From IMG/VR virus record IMGVR_UViG_3300019752_000001: a stretch of 64,000 nucleotides of DNA. One strand, given 5' to 3'. The notes below the pieces were generated by a model. That model made no database searches. It was not told the DNA's origin and saw only the letters and a list, made by a program, of their open reading frames with translations. The translations under genes and the position numbers were made by a program. How positions within the stretch are numbered: the first letter of the stretch is position 1; every line of letters begins with the position of its first letter. This document shows, in pieces, positions 20,210-29,355 of this stretch. Origin of the DNA: a virus.

Positions 20210-20432
20210 TATGAAGATTCTACCGAACAAAGTTGTTGCACATTTCGATGGAAATGATATTATGTGTACTGCACATACTATTTGCGAAAACGGAGTTGAA
20301 GTGTTAACATTTACCATGGAGGGTTGGGACGAGAACAATGAATCATTAGCTTCCAGTTTGAAGATGCCTACAGAACACCTTGAGAAGTTTGAAGGTTTTA
20401 TTGGTAAGCTTGTTAAGTTGATGGAAGATTAG
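20193..20432 (+). CDS. Hypothetical phage protein
   Basis: 79 aa ORF in operon. Confidence 0.55.
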   Translation: MPQMSDMKILPNKVVAHFDGNDIMCTAHTICENGVEVLTFTMEGWDENNESLASSLKMPTEHLEKFEGFIGKLVKLMED

Positions 20433-20507
20433 TGTATATTACTATAAATGGCTGTAACAACTGAAGAGGAAGATTATGTAATGACTGCACAAGCTTGATG
20501 AGAGAAT

Positions 20508-20551
20508 GGATATATATATATATATATATATATCCTCCTACACACACACAC
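20508..20551. repeat. Microsatellite GGA(TA)11TCC palindrome followed by (CA)5
   Basis: Directly visible in the intergenic region upstream of SSB. Confidence 0.85.
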
Positions 20552-20589
20552 GAACAACTGTTTATAATTTAATAAGGAACTACTAAACA

Positions 20590-21336
20590 ATGACTACTAT
20601 GACTACAGAACAAGCTAACACTATCTACGACAACATCAAAGGTTCTATGGTAGATAACCTACCTAACCTTACCAAGAAGTTCGGTGAAATGGTGTTGGCT
20701 GGTGAAGTGTACCGTTGCAACACAGATCGCAGCAAACTATCTAAGGATAACAATAAGTACTCTCTATCGCTAAAGATTGACAAGCCTACCTTCGTAGCGT
20801 TTAAGAAGTTTGTTAGTGAGAATGGTAAACTTACAGGGCTGAAGGCTGTTGAAGTAAAGGTGAAGGAGCTGGATGAAGAAGGTAATCCTGTCAAGCGCGA
20901 TGATAAGTTTGTCTTTGTAGAAGATGATATGGGTGATGTGGTTAAAGAGTTCTCTCACTACCAGATTAGCGTTTACCAGAACCCAACTATCAAGGGTGAG
21001 GATGTAGAGGTAAGTGTTACAGATGTTCTTACTGGAGAACCTGTCACAGGTGTGCTGGCTGAGGGTAGTCGAGTGGCAGTGAATGTATCTGCATATGACA
21101 CAGTGTTCCGTGACAACCCTGCACGAGGTCTTAACCTTGGCCAGATTAAAGTGTTTGAACATGTAGCGCTGTCTGGTGGAGGTGGTAGTGACCCTTGGGC
21201 TGCATTTGGTCTTAGCAAGGCAGATATTGCAGCATCAGCTCCACCTCCTCCATCTGCTCCTGCGCAGGGACCTTTCAAGGAGGCTATTTCTCCTGAGCTG
21301 CCGGAAGATGAAGAGGACGATCAGATCCCATTTTAA
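20590..21336 (+). CDS. ssb: Single-stranded DNA-binding protein (T7 gp2.5-like)
   Basis: KYSL, LAEGSRVAVNV..Y, LGQIKV, Gly/Pro linker and acidic tail EDEEDDQIPF; located in the replication module. Confidence 0.8.
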   Translation: MTTMTTEQANTIYDNIKGSMVDNLPNLTKKFGEMVLAGEVYRCNTDRSKLSKDNNKYSLSLKIDKPTFVAFKKFVSENGKLTGLKAVEVKVKELDEEGNPVKRDDKFVFVEDDMGDVVKEFSHYQISVYQNPTIKGEDVEVSVTDVLTGEPVTGVLAEGSRVAVNVSAYDTVFRDNPARGLNLGQIKVFEHVALSGGGGSDPWAAFGLSKADIAASAPPPPSAPAQGPFKEAISPELPEDEEDDQIPF

Positions 21337-21369
21337 AATAGTTACTAAAAATAAGTGATACCTTAGAAG

Positions 21370-21398
21370 AAGGGCTGCTTCGGCAGCTCTTTTTATTT
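21370..21398 (+). terminator. Intrinsic terminator with cUUCGg tetraloop
   Basis: AGGGCTGC-TTCG-GCAGCTCT followed by TTTTATTT. Confidence 0.9.
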
Positions 21399-21426
21399 GC
21401 CTAAAATTTACACAAGGAACTAATAC

Positions 21427-22044
21427 ATGCCTGCTAATAAAACCTCTGTAGGAAGCCACATAGATCTCTACTGCGAGGTGATTGAAGAATACCCCTCAAC
21501 AAAAGGACAGCCTAAGTTCATCCTCATCAAGAGCCTTGACAAATCTTCTGAAGGAGAGATGTCACAACTCTTCTCAGATCAGCAACATAAGTTTTGTGGA
21601 CAGACACTAAAAGTTGGTGATAAGTTTGGAGCTGTAGGTGAGGTTACAGCAGACAACCAGGGAACTCTTGTCCTGTGTCTGTCAAAGTTTAAGAAGATGT
21701 ATGGACAGGAACCTGCAAAGGGGAAGGTGTATAAGAAAGATAACTCTGGTATGGAAACAGGTCATGCACTGAATGCTGCTTTCTTCTGGGGAGCCTCTCC
21801 TGCTCAACTGTGTGAGAAGGCTAAACAGATGCACTCATCAACTGTAAAGGTGAAGGAACGCTATGCAGAGCATATGGATAAGCCAGCCACAGACTATGGA
21901 ATTGGAGCTGCAACAGGCAATGCTATCCACCTTGCTTGTCGTTATAAACAAGGAGCCTCTCAGGAAGTTGTAGAGAACACTGCTTGGGCTATACTGACAA
22001 AGATTGTTCCAGATGTTACAGAGTTTGTTAAAGAGAACTGTTAA
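21427..22044 (+). CDS. Hypothetical protein, possibly OB-fold nucleic-acid binding
   Basis: 205 aa, AAGGA RBS; beta-rich N-terminus (LKVGDKF), helical C-terminus; fold is a guess. Confidence 0.6.
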   Translation: MPANKTSVGSHIDLYCEVIEEYPSTKGQPKFILIKSLDKSSEGEMSQLFSDQQHKFCGQTLKVGDKFGAVGEVTADNQGTLVLCLSKFKKMYGQEPAKGKVYKKDNSGMETGHALNAAFFWGASPAQLCEKAKQMHSSTVKVKERYAEHMDKPATDYGIGAATGNAIHLACRYKQGASQEVVENTAWAILTKIVPDVTEFVKENC

Positions 22045-22275
22045 GGAAAGTGTTAAATGCGGAAGCTAAAAACTCGTAAGAAGGTATGTAAGCGTGAAAG
22101 GTTGCGTAGGCAGGAGCAATCGTTTGTAGACAAAGGAGGAAGGTATTTAGGTGACTTTGAAGGAGGAAGTATTAAAACTCCTACGTTGAAAGTAATTTCG
22201 GGAGGATAAGGTTTACAACCTCGAGGGATTAGACTAAAATAAACATCTAAGTTAACTATTGAAGGAGAAGAAGAT

Positions 22276-22659
22276 ATGAACTATACAGGCCAGGTCAAAA
22301 CGGTAAAGGAAGTAGTTGTGGTAAAAGGGAAGGAACACACTGTTGAGATCTCCCCAGACAAGTGGGAGAAACATAAAGAGCAGATCAGAGCTTATATACG
22401 AGGATCGGATATTGAGGTAGATGTAGGAGGTAGATGGTGTCATGTATACAATCCTCAATGGCTCATGCATCAGCAATACCGTGCGAAGGTGACTAATCAA
22501 CCAGAAGCTGCTCAGATTTGGAAAGACAGGAATGGAACCCATTACGTCTACTCTTATGAGCAAGGGATGGTTAGTTTAGATACAGGAGAGGTTTACCATG
22601 ATTACGACCCAGGAGATGTCATTTATGTATGTGACCATTACACTAAAATACCTCGATAA
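22276..22659 (+). CDS. Hypothetical phage protein
   Basis: AAGGAG RBS, 127 aa. Confidence 0.65.
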   Translation: MNYTGQVKTVKEVVVVKGKEHTVEISPDKWEKHKEQIRAYIRGSDIEVDVGGRWCHVYNPQWLMHQQYRAKVTNQPEAAQIWKDRNGTHYVYSYEQGMVSLDTGEVYHDYDPGDVIYVCDHYTKIPR

Positions 22660-22673
22660 GGAGAGCTTACAAC

Positions 22674-22925
22674 ATGAACACGTACACTAAAGACTCTACC
22701 GCTAGTGATCCTTGGTCTGCATCTATCCTCAAGAACTACTCAGATGTTACAACCAGTGAATTATTGAGGGATATTCACAAGCTACAGGAGGAGGTTAAGC
22801 TTGCACAGGAACAGGCCGAAACCTTTAAGGAATTGGCTATAGGTTATAAGGAGCTTTTCTGGCGCAGTCAGAATCTAATAGAGGAAACACTAACAAGTAA
22901 TAAAAAATCTGATCAATCATCTTAA
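22674..22925 (+). CDS. Coiled-coil hypothetical protein (repeat copy 1)
   Basis: ELLRDIH.LQ.EVKLAQEQAETFKELAIGY shared with 23502..23690. Confidence 0.65.
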   Translation: MNTYTKDSTASDPWSASILKNYSDVTTSELLRDIHKLQEEVKLAQEQAETFKELAIGYKELFWRSQNLIEETLTSNKKSDQSS

Positions 22926-22945
22926 TAGTATTTAAGGAGCCCCTT

Positions 22946-23377
22946 ATGAAAACTTTTGTAGAACAAGATTTCACTCGGTGTCCTATATGCAGCTCTGATA
23001 ACTGCGGAGTGTATCCTAATGATGACGGAACTAAATGGATATTTACAGCAGGATGTTTAAATTGTGGAAAGGAGGTTGGTACGTATAAAGATCTTACGGG
23101 AGCAGGGGTTGGTTGGGAACATTGGGTTAAAGTGTACGTACTGGAAGAACATGTGGCTGCTCAGGAGTCATTTATTTTGACATTACAAAACTGTTTAGCC
23201 AACTCTGAAGACAGAGAGCAGAGAATGTTTGAACGTCTGTGCAGTAAAAACTCAGAAGTTGAAGAACTAAAAAGTAAATTGGAAGAGGTTAATGAGGAGT
23301 TTACTGAACTATCGGATGTACTGGATGGACTACCTATTGACTTTGAAGAGTTATTAGATAAGTATCCATTGAGTTAA
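22946..23377 (+). CDS. Lar-like Zn-ribbon plus coiled-coil protein
   Basis: CPIC...CLNCG...W pattern of Lar-family zinc ribbons, then a coiled coil. Confidence 0.55.
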   Translation: MKTFVEQDFTRCPICSSDNCGVYPNDDGTKWIFTAGCLNCGKEVGTYKDLTGAGVGWEHWVKVYVLEEHVAAQESFILTLQNCLANSEDREQRMFERLCSKNSEVEELKSKLEEVNEEFTELSDVLDGLPIDFEELLDKYPLS

Positions 23378-23501
23378 GCAGGGTGGGGTATATTACAGAA
23401 GGTACTGTTGGTTGGGAGGCTAAAACCTGAACACGTACACTAAATACGCGTACAGCGTAGGTAATCCATTCAACAATTTTATATTTAAGAACAGAGAGCG
23501 T

Positions 23502-23690
23502 GTGACAGAGGATGAGTTGTTGAGGGATATTCACGAACTGCAAGCTGAGGTTAAGCTTGCACAGGAGCAGGCTGAAACCTTTAAGGAATTGGCTATAGGT
23601 TATACAGAACTTTTATGTCGCAGCCAGAATCGAACAGATGAATTACTAACAATCAATAAAGATCTGATCAATCGCCTGAATAGCATATAA
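23502..23690 (+). CDS. Coiled-coil hypothetical protein (repeat copy 2)
   Basis: Paralog of 22674..22925. Confidence 0.6.
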   Translation: MTEDELLRDIHELQAEVKLAQEQAETFKELAIGYTELLCRSQNRTDELLTINKDLINRLNSI

Positions 23691-23716
23691 GGTTAATTCC
23701 ATAACTCCTAAACAAC

Positions 23717-23760
23717 AAAAGCCCGACAGGAAACTATTAAGTCTCTTGTCAGGCTTTTCT
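23717..23760. terminator. Bidirectional terminator between convergent modules
   Basis: AAAAGCCCGACAGGA...TCTTGTCAGGCTTTT. Confidence 0.7.
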
Positions 23761-23789
23761 GTGTCTGTTGTTTATTACTTAATTATTAT

Positions 23790-24137
23790 TCAGTTCTCCA
23801 CTCCGCTGGCTGCAACCGTCAGCATAGCTTGTACTACCTCTAACCTAATCCTCTGACTAAAATCTACCAAATTCTTAAGCTCAATAGTCAGGAAGTATCT
23901 CCCTACCGGAAGGAGAGCTGTCTCTTCAGGTTGTAGGTAGAATACGAAGGAGGTGTTATCCACACTCTTACCTAACAGTCCTTGCATTTCAATATCACCT
24001 GTAATAGTCTCATTACGTAATGTATAAGTTCCTATCCAATTTGCTGATGAGATGTCATCAAACTCTGTGAATCTGAATATCTCCTCACTAGAGTTATCTC
24101 CTTGTACCAATGAAATACTGCTTATTAAACTTTGCAT
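23790..24137 (-). CDS. Virion/fibre-associated protein (BppU N-terminal-like)
   Basis: QGD...L.PEETALL.VGRY pattern; start ATG 24137 after GGAG. Confidence 0.55.
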   Translation of the reverse strand: MQSLISSISLVQGDNSSEEIFRFTEFDDISSANWIGTYTLRNETITGDIEMQGLLGKSVDNTSFVFYLQPEETALLPVGRYFLTIELKNLVDFSQRIRLEVVQAMLTVAASGVEN

Positions 24138-24156
24138 ATTATCTTCTCCTCTCCCT

Positions 24157-24342
24157 CTAACGAGAAACATCTTGTCTGTTACATAAGGTATACTGTGTTC
24201 TTGTAACACTTACAGTGTGTGTATTAGTCTGTAAGCTAATTATATGTGGCCTGGATTCCCTCAGCACAGACAGATCGTACAACACTATACCTGTAGGACT
24301 AACAATTCCTCTTCCCAAACCAAACGTGATTAAGTTTGACAT
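24157..24342 (-). CDS. Small protein downstream of the tailspike
   Basis: MSNLITFGLG, GGAG RBS. Confidence 0.55.
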   Translation of the reverse strand: MSNLITFGLGRGIVSPTGIVLYDLSVLRESRPHIISLQTNTHTVSVTRTQYTLCNRQDVSR

Positions 24343-24357
24343 AAACTACTCTCCCTA

Positions 24358-26979
24358 CTAAACAGGTTCTCTTCTTAGAATGTTCATATTAGTTGGTTGC
24401 CCTGCTTCATCAAACAGATTGAATGTTCGCAACACGGTTGTATTATCAGCTTCATACATGATTAGTTGAGTTCCTACAATCTCCCACCTACCGAGCAGCC
24501 CATTCTTAATATCTACTACATCCTGTGTCAAAGTGTTTAAGTCTGGATTAGTAGGAGCTACATAATCAGCTGCTAACAGGGCATTGTCTGTGCCTCTCAT
24601 ATTCCTGGCATCCACTGTATCTGTGCTTGCGTCAAACTCACTACGAGAACTAACTGTTGTATCCAGATTAGCTAGGCTATCAAGCCTAGTGTCAGCAGAC
24701 TGTAGAAGACTGGACACATCAGCTTGGTAATCGCCTTTATTCATGTAACTATCCAGTGCTGTGTGTATATCTGTGTCAGATGTATTGCTGAGAGCCTCTA
24801 GAGCCGTCCTATCAGCAGAGTTGAAGGCTGAGGTAGGTAATGTACTAACTGTTGTAGAAAGGCTGTCTATGGAGGTCTGAGAGGCTCTGGAGGCTACAGT
24901 GGCTTCCTTAGCTACTACGGAGGAACTTTCCACCTCGGTTACAACCCCTGTTACAACATCAGCTACAGAGATGTTATTGAGTGCATCTATCGCAGCTGTA
25001 AGAGAAGTTGTAACTGCAGCTACTTCAGTAGAAGAGGCTCTTGAACTTATCACTTCGTCTACACGATCATTAATCAGACTTCTTAAGGCTGACCATTCCA
25101 TTCCAACAGATCCCGGCAAAGTGAACTCTGAAGTCTGTGCATTCCATACATCCTGCGATGACACAAAGTTAGCTAACACAGCCTGTAAAGGTTGTCCATT
25201 CTGCCAGAAGCTAAAGTCACCTACATTTACAGGGTTTGCAACAGGAGCTACTACATCATCTATCCAGACACTTCCATCATCACTCTGCGCACTGAATGTT
25301 AGAGTTAGTACACCATCTACACCAGATGTTTGAGTACCTGATACAGTGAACTGTTGGAACACATCATCAATATCCTGTATAGTGAATGAGCTAGGTGTTA
25401 TCCCTAACCCTGATAAAGTTGCTGTTGGAAGATTAGTACTACCATATGCACTACTTTTTCTTATGTAGCCTGATACAACTACTGGAGTGTTTGTTGGTGC
25501 AAATATATCCAGGGTAAAAGTGAAGGGTGCTGAATCATCATTTAGATCTATTCTTGCTGAAGGTGCTGAAGTCCTTGCTATGGTATTATCTCTGAATAGG
25601 CTACCAACTCTCCTATGTGTCTCCTGGTTCCTGGGGTTTCTATCTCGGTTGCTTATCATTATTGCAGCGGACTCAGAGGCATTTTCTATATTAGCTATAA
25701 AGTTTGTTGATGTCCCGAACAAACAATCAGTACACAAAACCTCACTCACTGCATTATTGTTAACTAGGAAAGGTCTTAGTAGTTCTGTACCAGTGGGACC
25801 AAACACACTATCTATTACTCTATGAGCTGATCCAAAACCTAAGGTAAAACCATTATCTGATGACCTAAACTCACAATCTCTTATCAGGAAAGAGTTACCA
25901 GTACCTATCGATATACACTGTAAACTTCCCGAGAATACACACCTGTTGAATACCGGATTAACCCCGCCTTGTGAGAAACCTGACAACACTGCAATCTCTG
26001 TTCTATGGAAAAGGGAGTCCTCAATCGTACAGGTAGACCCTTGCCTTATAGTAACACCATTACCTTCTACATCGAATGCTAAGTTAGAAGCTACTACTCT
26101 TGACCCTATAGAAAAGAAGTCAACTCCATAGTCACCATTAAAATCTGTAAAGGTGCAATCTCTAAAGGAGTTTACAGCATCTTGTGTTGTAGATCCGAAT
26201 GCAGTGAACCCTAAACCTGCTCTAGTAGAGCCAGATACATAACTAATATGATTAAATTCCGTTTGAACAATATTCTTTATACGTGCACTAAGAGTGTGTA
26301 TACTTAACTGTACAAACGTTACAAAGTTTTCATCTGTAGCTTTCACCACAACACTCTTACTCATATTAGAGAGGTATTGTCCTTGTGGATGCACCTGGGT
26401 TAAAGCTGAAGATAGGGTTATTGTATTACCTGACACCCCACTTATAACAACCCTTTCCTGTCCTGTTCTTAACGGAGTTGGAGACATGAGGATTAGGTTA
26501 TCCCCTACCATCCAACCTGTGGCGTCCTCTACTTCAAGTGTTGTACTTCCTAATGCCGCTACTGCAGTAGTTTGTGTGTTAGTGGTCTTATCAGCTCCTT
26601 GAAAGGATATGTTAGTATCTCCGTCTGTCCACATACCCCACTTGCCTGATGCTAAGGTATCAGAATTGTTAAGGTTTATTGTTGCAGATACAGTCAGAGG
26701 TATTGGATCAGCTTGTGTTCCATAGTCAAAAGATCCTGTGCCTTCTACTCGCAGATCTCCCTTTACAGTTAGGTTTGAAGTAACACTCCTGCTAGCCTTC
26801 AAAGTTCCTCCTGTGAAGACTACAACACCTCGGTTTGTATCATCCCCCCAATTATACACACTGTCTATTGTACATTCATGTCTAATCTCAACACTGTCAT
26901 CTTCAACAGGAACAACACCCCCAACCCATGTAGATGTGGCAGAGGCTAGCCCGTCTTGCGCTGTAACTATTGTAGCCAT
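24358..26979 (-). CDS. Tailspike/fibre protein with G8-like domain and parallel beta-helix
   Basis: N-terminal ATSTWVGGVVP..DDSVEI.H (G8-like); repeated CTF/CVF/CEF/CLF beta-helix rungs; helical C-terminus. Confidence 0.7.
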   Translation of the reverse strand: MATIVTAQDGLASATSTWVGGVVPVEDDSVEIRHECTIDSVYNWGDDTNRGVVVFTGGTLKASRSVTSNLTVKGDLRVEGTGSFDYGTQADPIPLTVSATINLNNSDTLASGKWGMWTDGDTNISFQGADKTTNTQTTAVAALGSTTLEVEDATGWMVGDNLILMSPTPLRTGQERVVISGVSGNTITLSSALTQVHPQGQYLSNMSKSVVVKATDENFVTFVQLSIHTLSARIKNIVQTEFNHISYVSGSTRAGLGFTAFGSTTQDAVNSFRDCTFTDFNGDYGVDFFSIGSRVVASNLAFDVEGNGVTIRQGSTCTIEDSLFHRTEIAVLSGFSQGGVNPVFNRCVFSGSLQCISIGTGNSFLIRDCEFRSSDNGFTLGFGSAHRVIDSVFGPTGTELLRPFLVNNNAVSEVLCTDCLFGTSTNFIANIENASESAAIMISNRDRNPRNQETHRRVGSLFRDNTIARTSAPSARIDLNDDSAPFTFTLDIFAPTNTPVVVSGYIRKSSAYGSTNLPTATLSGLGITPSSFTIQDIDDVFQQFTVSGTQTSGVDGVLTLTFSAQSDDGSVWIDDVVAPVANPVNVGDFSFWQNGQPLQAVLANFVSSQDVWNAQTSEFTLPGSVGMEWSALRSLINDRVDEVISSRASSTEVAAVTTSLTAAIDALNNISVADVVTGVVTEVESSSVVAKEATVASRASQTSIDSLSTTVSTLPTSAFNSADRTALEALSNTSDTDIHTALDSYMNKGDYQADVSSLLQSADTRLDSLANLDTTVSSRSEFDASTDTVDARNMRGTDNALLAADYVAPTNPDLNTLTQDVVDIKNGLLGRWEIVGTQLIMYEADNTTVLRTFNLFDEAGQPTNMNILRREPV

Positions 26980-27001
26980 ATATCTCCTTATTACAGATAC
27001 T

Positions 27002-27030
27002 AAAAAGCCCCAACTAAGGGGCTTTTTTGT
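27002..27030. terminator. Intrinsic terminator
   Basis: AAAAAGCCCC-AACTAA-GGGGCTTTTT. Confidence 0.75.
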
Positions 27031-27403
27031 TTATTCTTGTAAAGGTTGAGAATGTAAGAATTATAAGTGTAGCTTCTATAAGCAGTGTGTTCATAAAGGT
27101 GTAGTGTATGTAGAATACATTCTGCCATGCATCAACCCAGACAAACAGGTTTAGGAAAATACTATACATTGCTACGCAAATCAACAACCACCTTTTATGA
27201 CCTTCGAGCTTCATATATAGGAGAATGTTAAACATCTCTCCTATACAGACACTTACATATATAGTTAGAGGTGTTAGGTTCCAAACCCACGTTGTAAATA
27301 ACATAACGAACAGTAGTCCAAGTAGAACACTCCCTTCTGTTTCCTCACTGAAAGGGATTAGAAAGGATATAACTACACAATAGTATATCAGGTTGTCATA
27401 CAT
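27014..27403 (-). CDS. Multi-pass membrane protein
   Basis: 4-5 hydrophobic segments; GGAG RBS. Confidence 0.65.
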   Translation of the reverse strand: MYDNLIYYCVVISFLIPFSEETEGSVLLGLLFVMLFTTWVWNLTPLTIYVSVCIGEMFNILLYMKLEGHKRWLLICVAMYSIFLNLFVWVDAWQNVFYIHYTFMNTLLIEATLIILTFSTFTRINKKAP

Positions 27404-27499
27404 TCTCTCCTCCGTATACGTTAACGGCTTAGTGTGCTTCCTCGTGGTGGCTTACGATCTTTATCCTTGCTGCCATTATTACCTGGGTATCCGCTCATG

Positions 27500-27850
27500 T
27501 CAAGTATTCCTTTTATAGTTTGTTTGTGTTTGTGATAGTATCTGTTTAATATCTTTAGCTGACTCAGTGGATGTGGCTTCTATGTTATCCATTTTAGCCT
27601 CTAACACAATTACCTTATCTTTCACCGTGGACAGTTCATCTATCTGAGCTGCCATCTCCGTCTGCTGAGCTTCTTGTACAGCATATCTCCTTGATATTTC
27701 CGTTATGGTTTTTTTATTATCCTCTATAATTTTATTCCTATCATTCAAAACCTTTATACCCAGCCCTATGAATAGTCCGAACAAGGCTGTTAGGATTTGC
27801 CACAGCTTGGCTGCTGAGAAGATCCCTACTTCCAGACCCCCTGCTGACAT
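27500..27850 (-). CDS. Single-TM plus coiled-coil protein (holin-like)
   Basis: Start MSAGGLEVG at 27850; one TM helix then heptads; same architecture as 54930..55214. Confidence 0.55.
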   Translation of the reverse strand: MSAGGLEVGIFSAAKLWQILTALFGLFIGLGIKVLNDRNKIIEDNKKTITEISRRYAVQEAQQTEMAAQIDELSTVKDKVIVLEAKMDNIEATSTESAKDIKQILSQTQTNYKRNT

Positions 27851-27851
27851 A

Positions 27852-28463
27852 TTAAGGCTTCCTTCCAATAGCCATAATATGTACAGTAAGTACTTCAGAT
27901 CCTGACACGTTACTCCCAATAACTCTGTTGGCATCTACAGTTACAGTTGTAGCAGATGTTGCAGCTACTCCTGTTAAAATCTCTGTACCTTCCAAACCAC
28001 CCTCTGCTACATTCCTATTTGTAAGTTGAACTTGGAGAGGGGCGCTTGCAAGTGCAGGTGATAAGGTTGCTGTTCCAGAAGCAACAGACCCTATATCATT
28101 TGGAACCACTAAATCGATAGTTGTGAAAACTATTCGAAGATCTCCTATATCAACATGAGCAGAATTTAAATCTACCACGCTATCTATCTCATCAACCTTA
28201 GTTTCAAGTGTTGTTACGGTATCTGTAATGGTTTGCAAATCTGTTACTAAAGTATTTACACGTTCATCATTATACCCTGTCCATCTGTATACGTTATTCC
28301 TCCATGCGTTTTCTTCTTGTGCTGTGGGTAGCTCTAGGTAATCAACCCCTATCTGCCTTAAGGTTAAACTAGGAGCCACTTTATTAACTCCTTGCCCACT
28401 AGGGAGATTTACGTCAGTAGTAGCCCATTCTGGTAGTTCTGTGGGTCTTGTCATTGTAGTCAT
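27852..28463 (-). CDS. Baseplate-anchored short tail fibre protein
   Basis: N-terminal RPTELPEWA...NKVAP...EENAW typical of myophage fibre anchors; follows the wedge genes. Confidence 0.7.
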   Translation of the reverse strand: MTTMTRPTELPEWATTDVNLPSGQGVNKVAPSLTLRQIGVDYLELPTAQEENAWRNNVYRWTGYNDERVNTLVTDLQTITDTVTTLETKVDEIDSVVDLNSAHVDIGDLRIVFTTIDLVVPNDIGSVASGTATLSPALASAPLQVQLTNRNVAEGGLEGTEILTGVAATSATTVTVDANRVIGSNVSGSEVLTVHIMAIGRKP

Positions 28464-28491
28464 TTATTAGTCCTCTCCTTCTTCTTATTTA

Positions 28492-29346
28492 TTAATCCAA
28501 TACTCTGAAAGGGTTATCTTGTAGTCTGTTAAACTCGGAAGTAACTTCTTTGTTACCTATAGAGATGATTTCACCAGCAGAAGTAGTAGTCCTATTATCA
28601 GTCCTTACCGTTTGATATCCCCGTAAGAACTCTGTACCCTCCGCAGTCTCTGTACTACCATAACCAAAGGCGTAACGTGGATCATCTGAGTTAGCGAAGT
28701 CCCTATCTACACGAGATATGTGGGAACTCATACGTCCTGGTTGCTCATCATTGCTTATGTTTACACTGCCATAGCCTCTGATATAAGGATGTGTAGCTTC
28801 TCCTGTCACACTCCCATAACCAAACACTTTCTCGTTGTGTATGTTAAGCCATTGAACATTACTCATTATAGGAAGTGCTCTACTCACAGCATCTATAATA
28901 TCTTGATTATTAACACAAGTAGGGTTAAATCCTAGCTGCAGGTAGTAACCATACCCTCTATAATGATGTACAAGTCTTATCCCTGTTAAGTAGTACAGAA
29001 GTTCGAGTATCTCATCAATAGCCCCACGGGATTGCCTCTGCAAGGAGCTTACACGTAAAGCTGCTCTGTAAGCCTCATCACTTCTCCCCTCCCGAGGAAC
29101 ACTAAGCCCTACACCAATATTGTCTAGATTAACTCCTTCAGCTCTAACTAGGGTTCTTTCATACAGAAGAGGGATAATTGCATCTGATTCCAACTCTTGA
29201 AGTTCTTGAGAGAACAACCCTAAGAATTTGTTTAGGTTCTCTGAGTCACAAAACTGACCTAGCAAATGACTAGGTAATGTCTCAGATATATTAAGCTTTT
29301 CTTCAATAACGTTTACAGAGGATTTACCATCAAGTAAACTTGTCAT
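28492..29346 (-). CDS. Baseplate wedge subunit (DUF2612-like)
   Basis: AEGVNLDNIG...PR.G.SDE.YR motif; follows the J-like gene. Confidence 0.8.
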   Translation of the reverse strand: MTSLLDGKSSVNVIEEKLNISETLPSHLLGQFCDSENLNKFLGLFSQELQELESDAIIPLLYERTLVRAEGVNLDNIGVGLSVPREGRSDEAYRAALRVSSLQRQSRGAIDEILELLYYLTGIRLVHHYRGYGYYLQLGFNPTCVNNQDIIDAVSRALPIMSNVQWLNIHNEKVFGYGSVTGEATHPYIRGYGSVNISNDEQPGRMSSHISRVDRDFANSDDPRYAFGYGSTETAEGTEFLRGYQTVRTDNRTTTSAGEIISIGNKEVTSEFNRLQDNPFRVLD

Positions 29347-29355
29347 ATCTCCTCC

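Larger units (their letters stand above)
22761..23692 (+). repeat. ~175-bp imperfect direct repeat (22761-22936 and 23517-23692)
   Basis: Both copies contain GAGGTTAAGCTTGCACAGGA and GAAACCTTTAAGGAATTGGCTATAGGTTATA. Confidence 0.85.

Noticed and set aside
22761-23692. DGR template/variable repeat pair
   Set aside because: Mismatches are not confined to adenines of one copy, and no reverse transcriptase is visible in the window.
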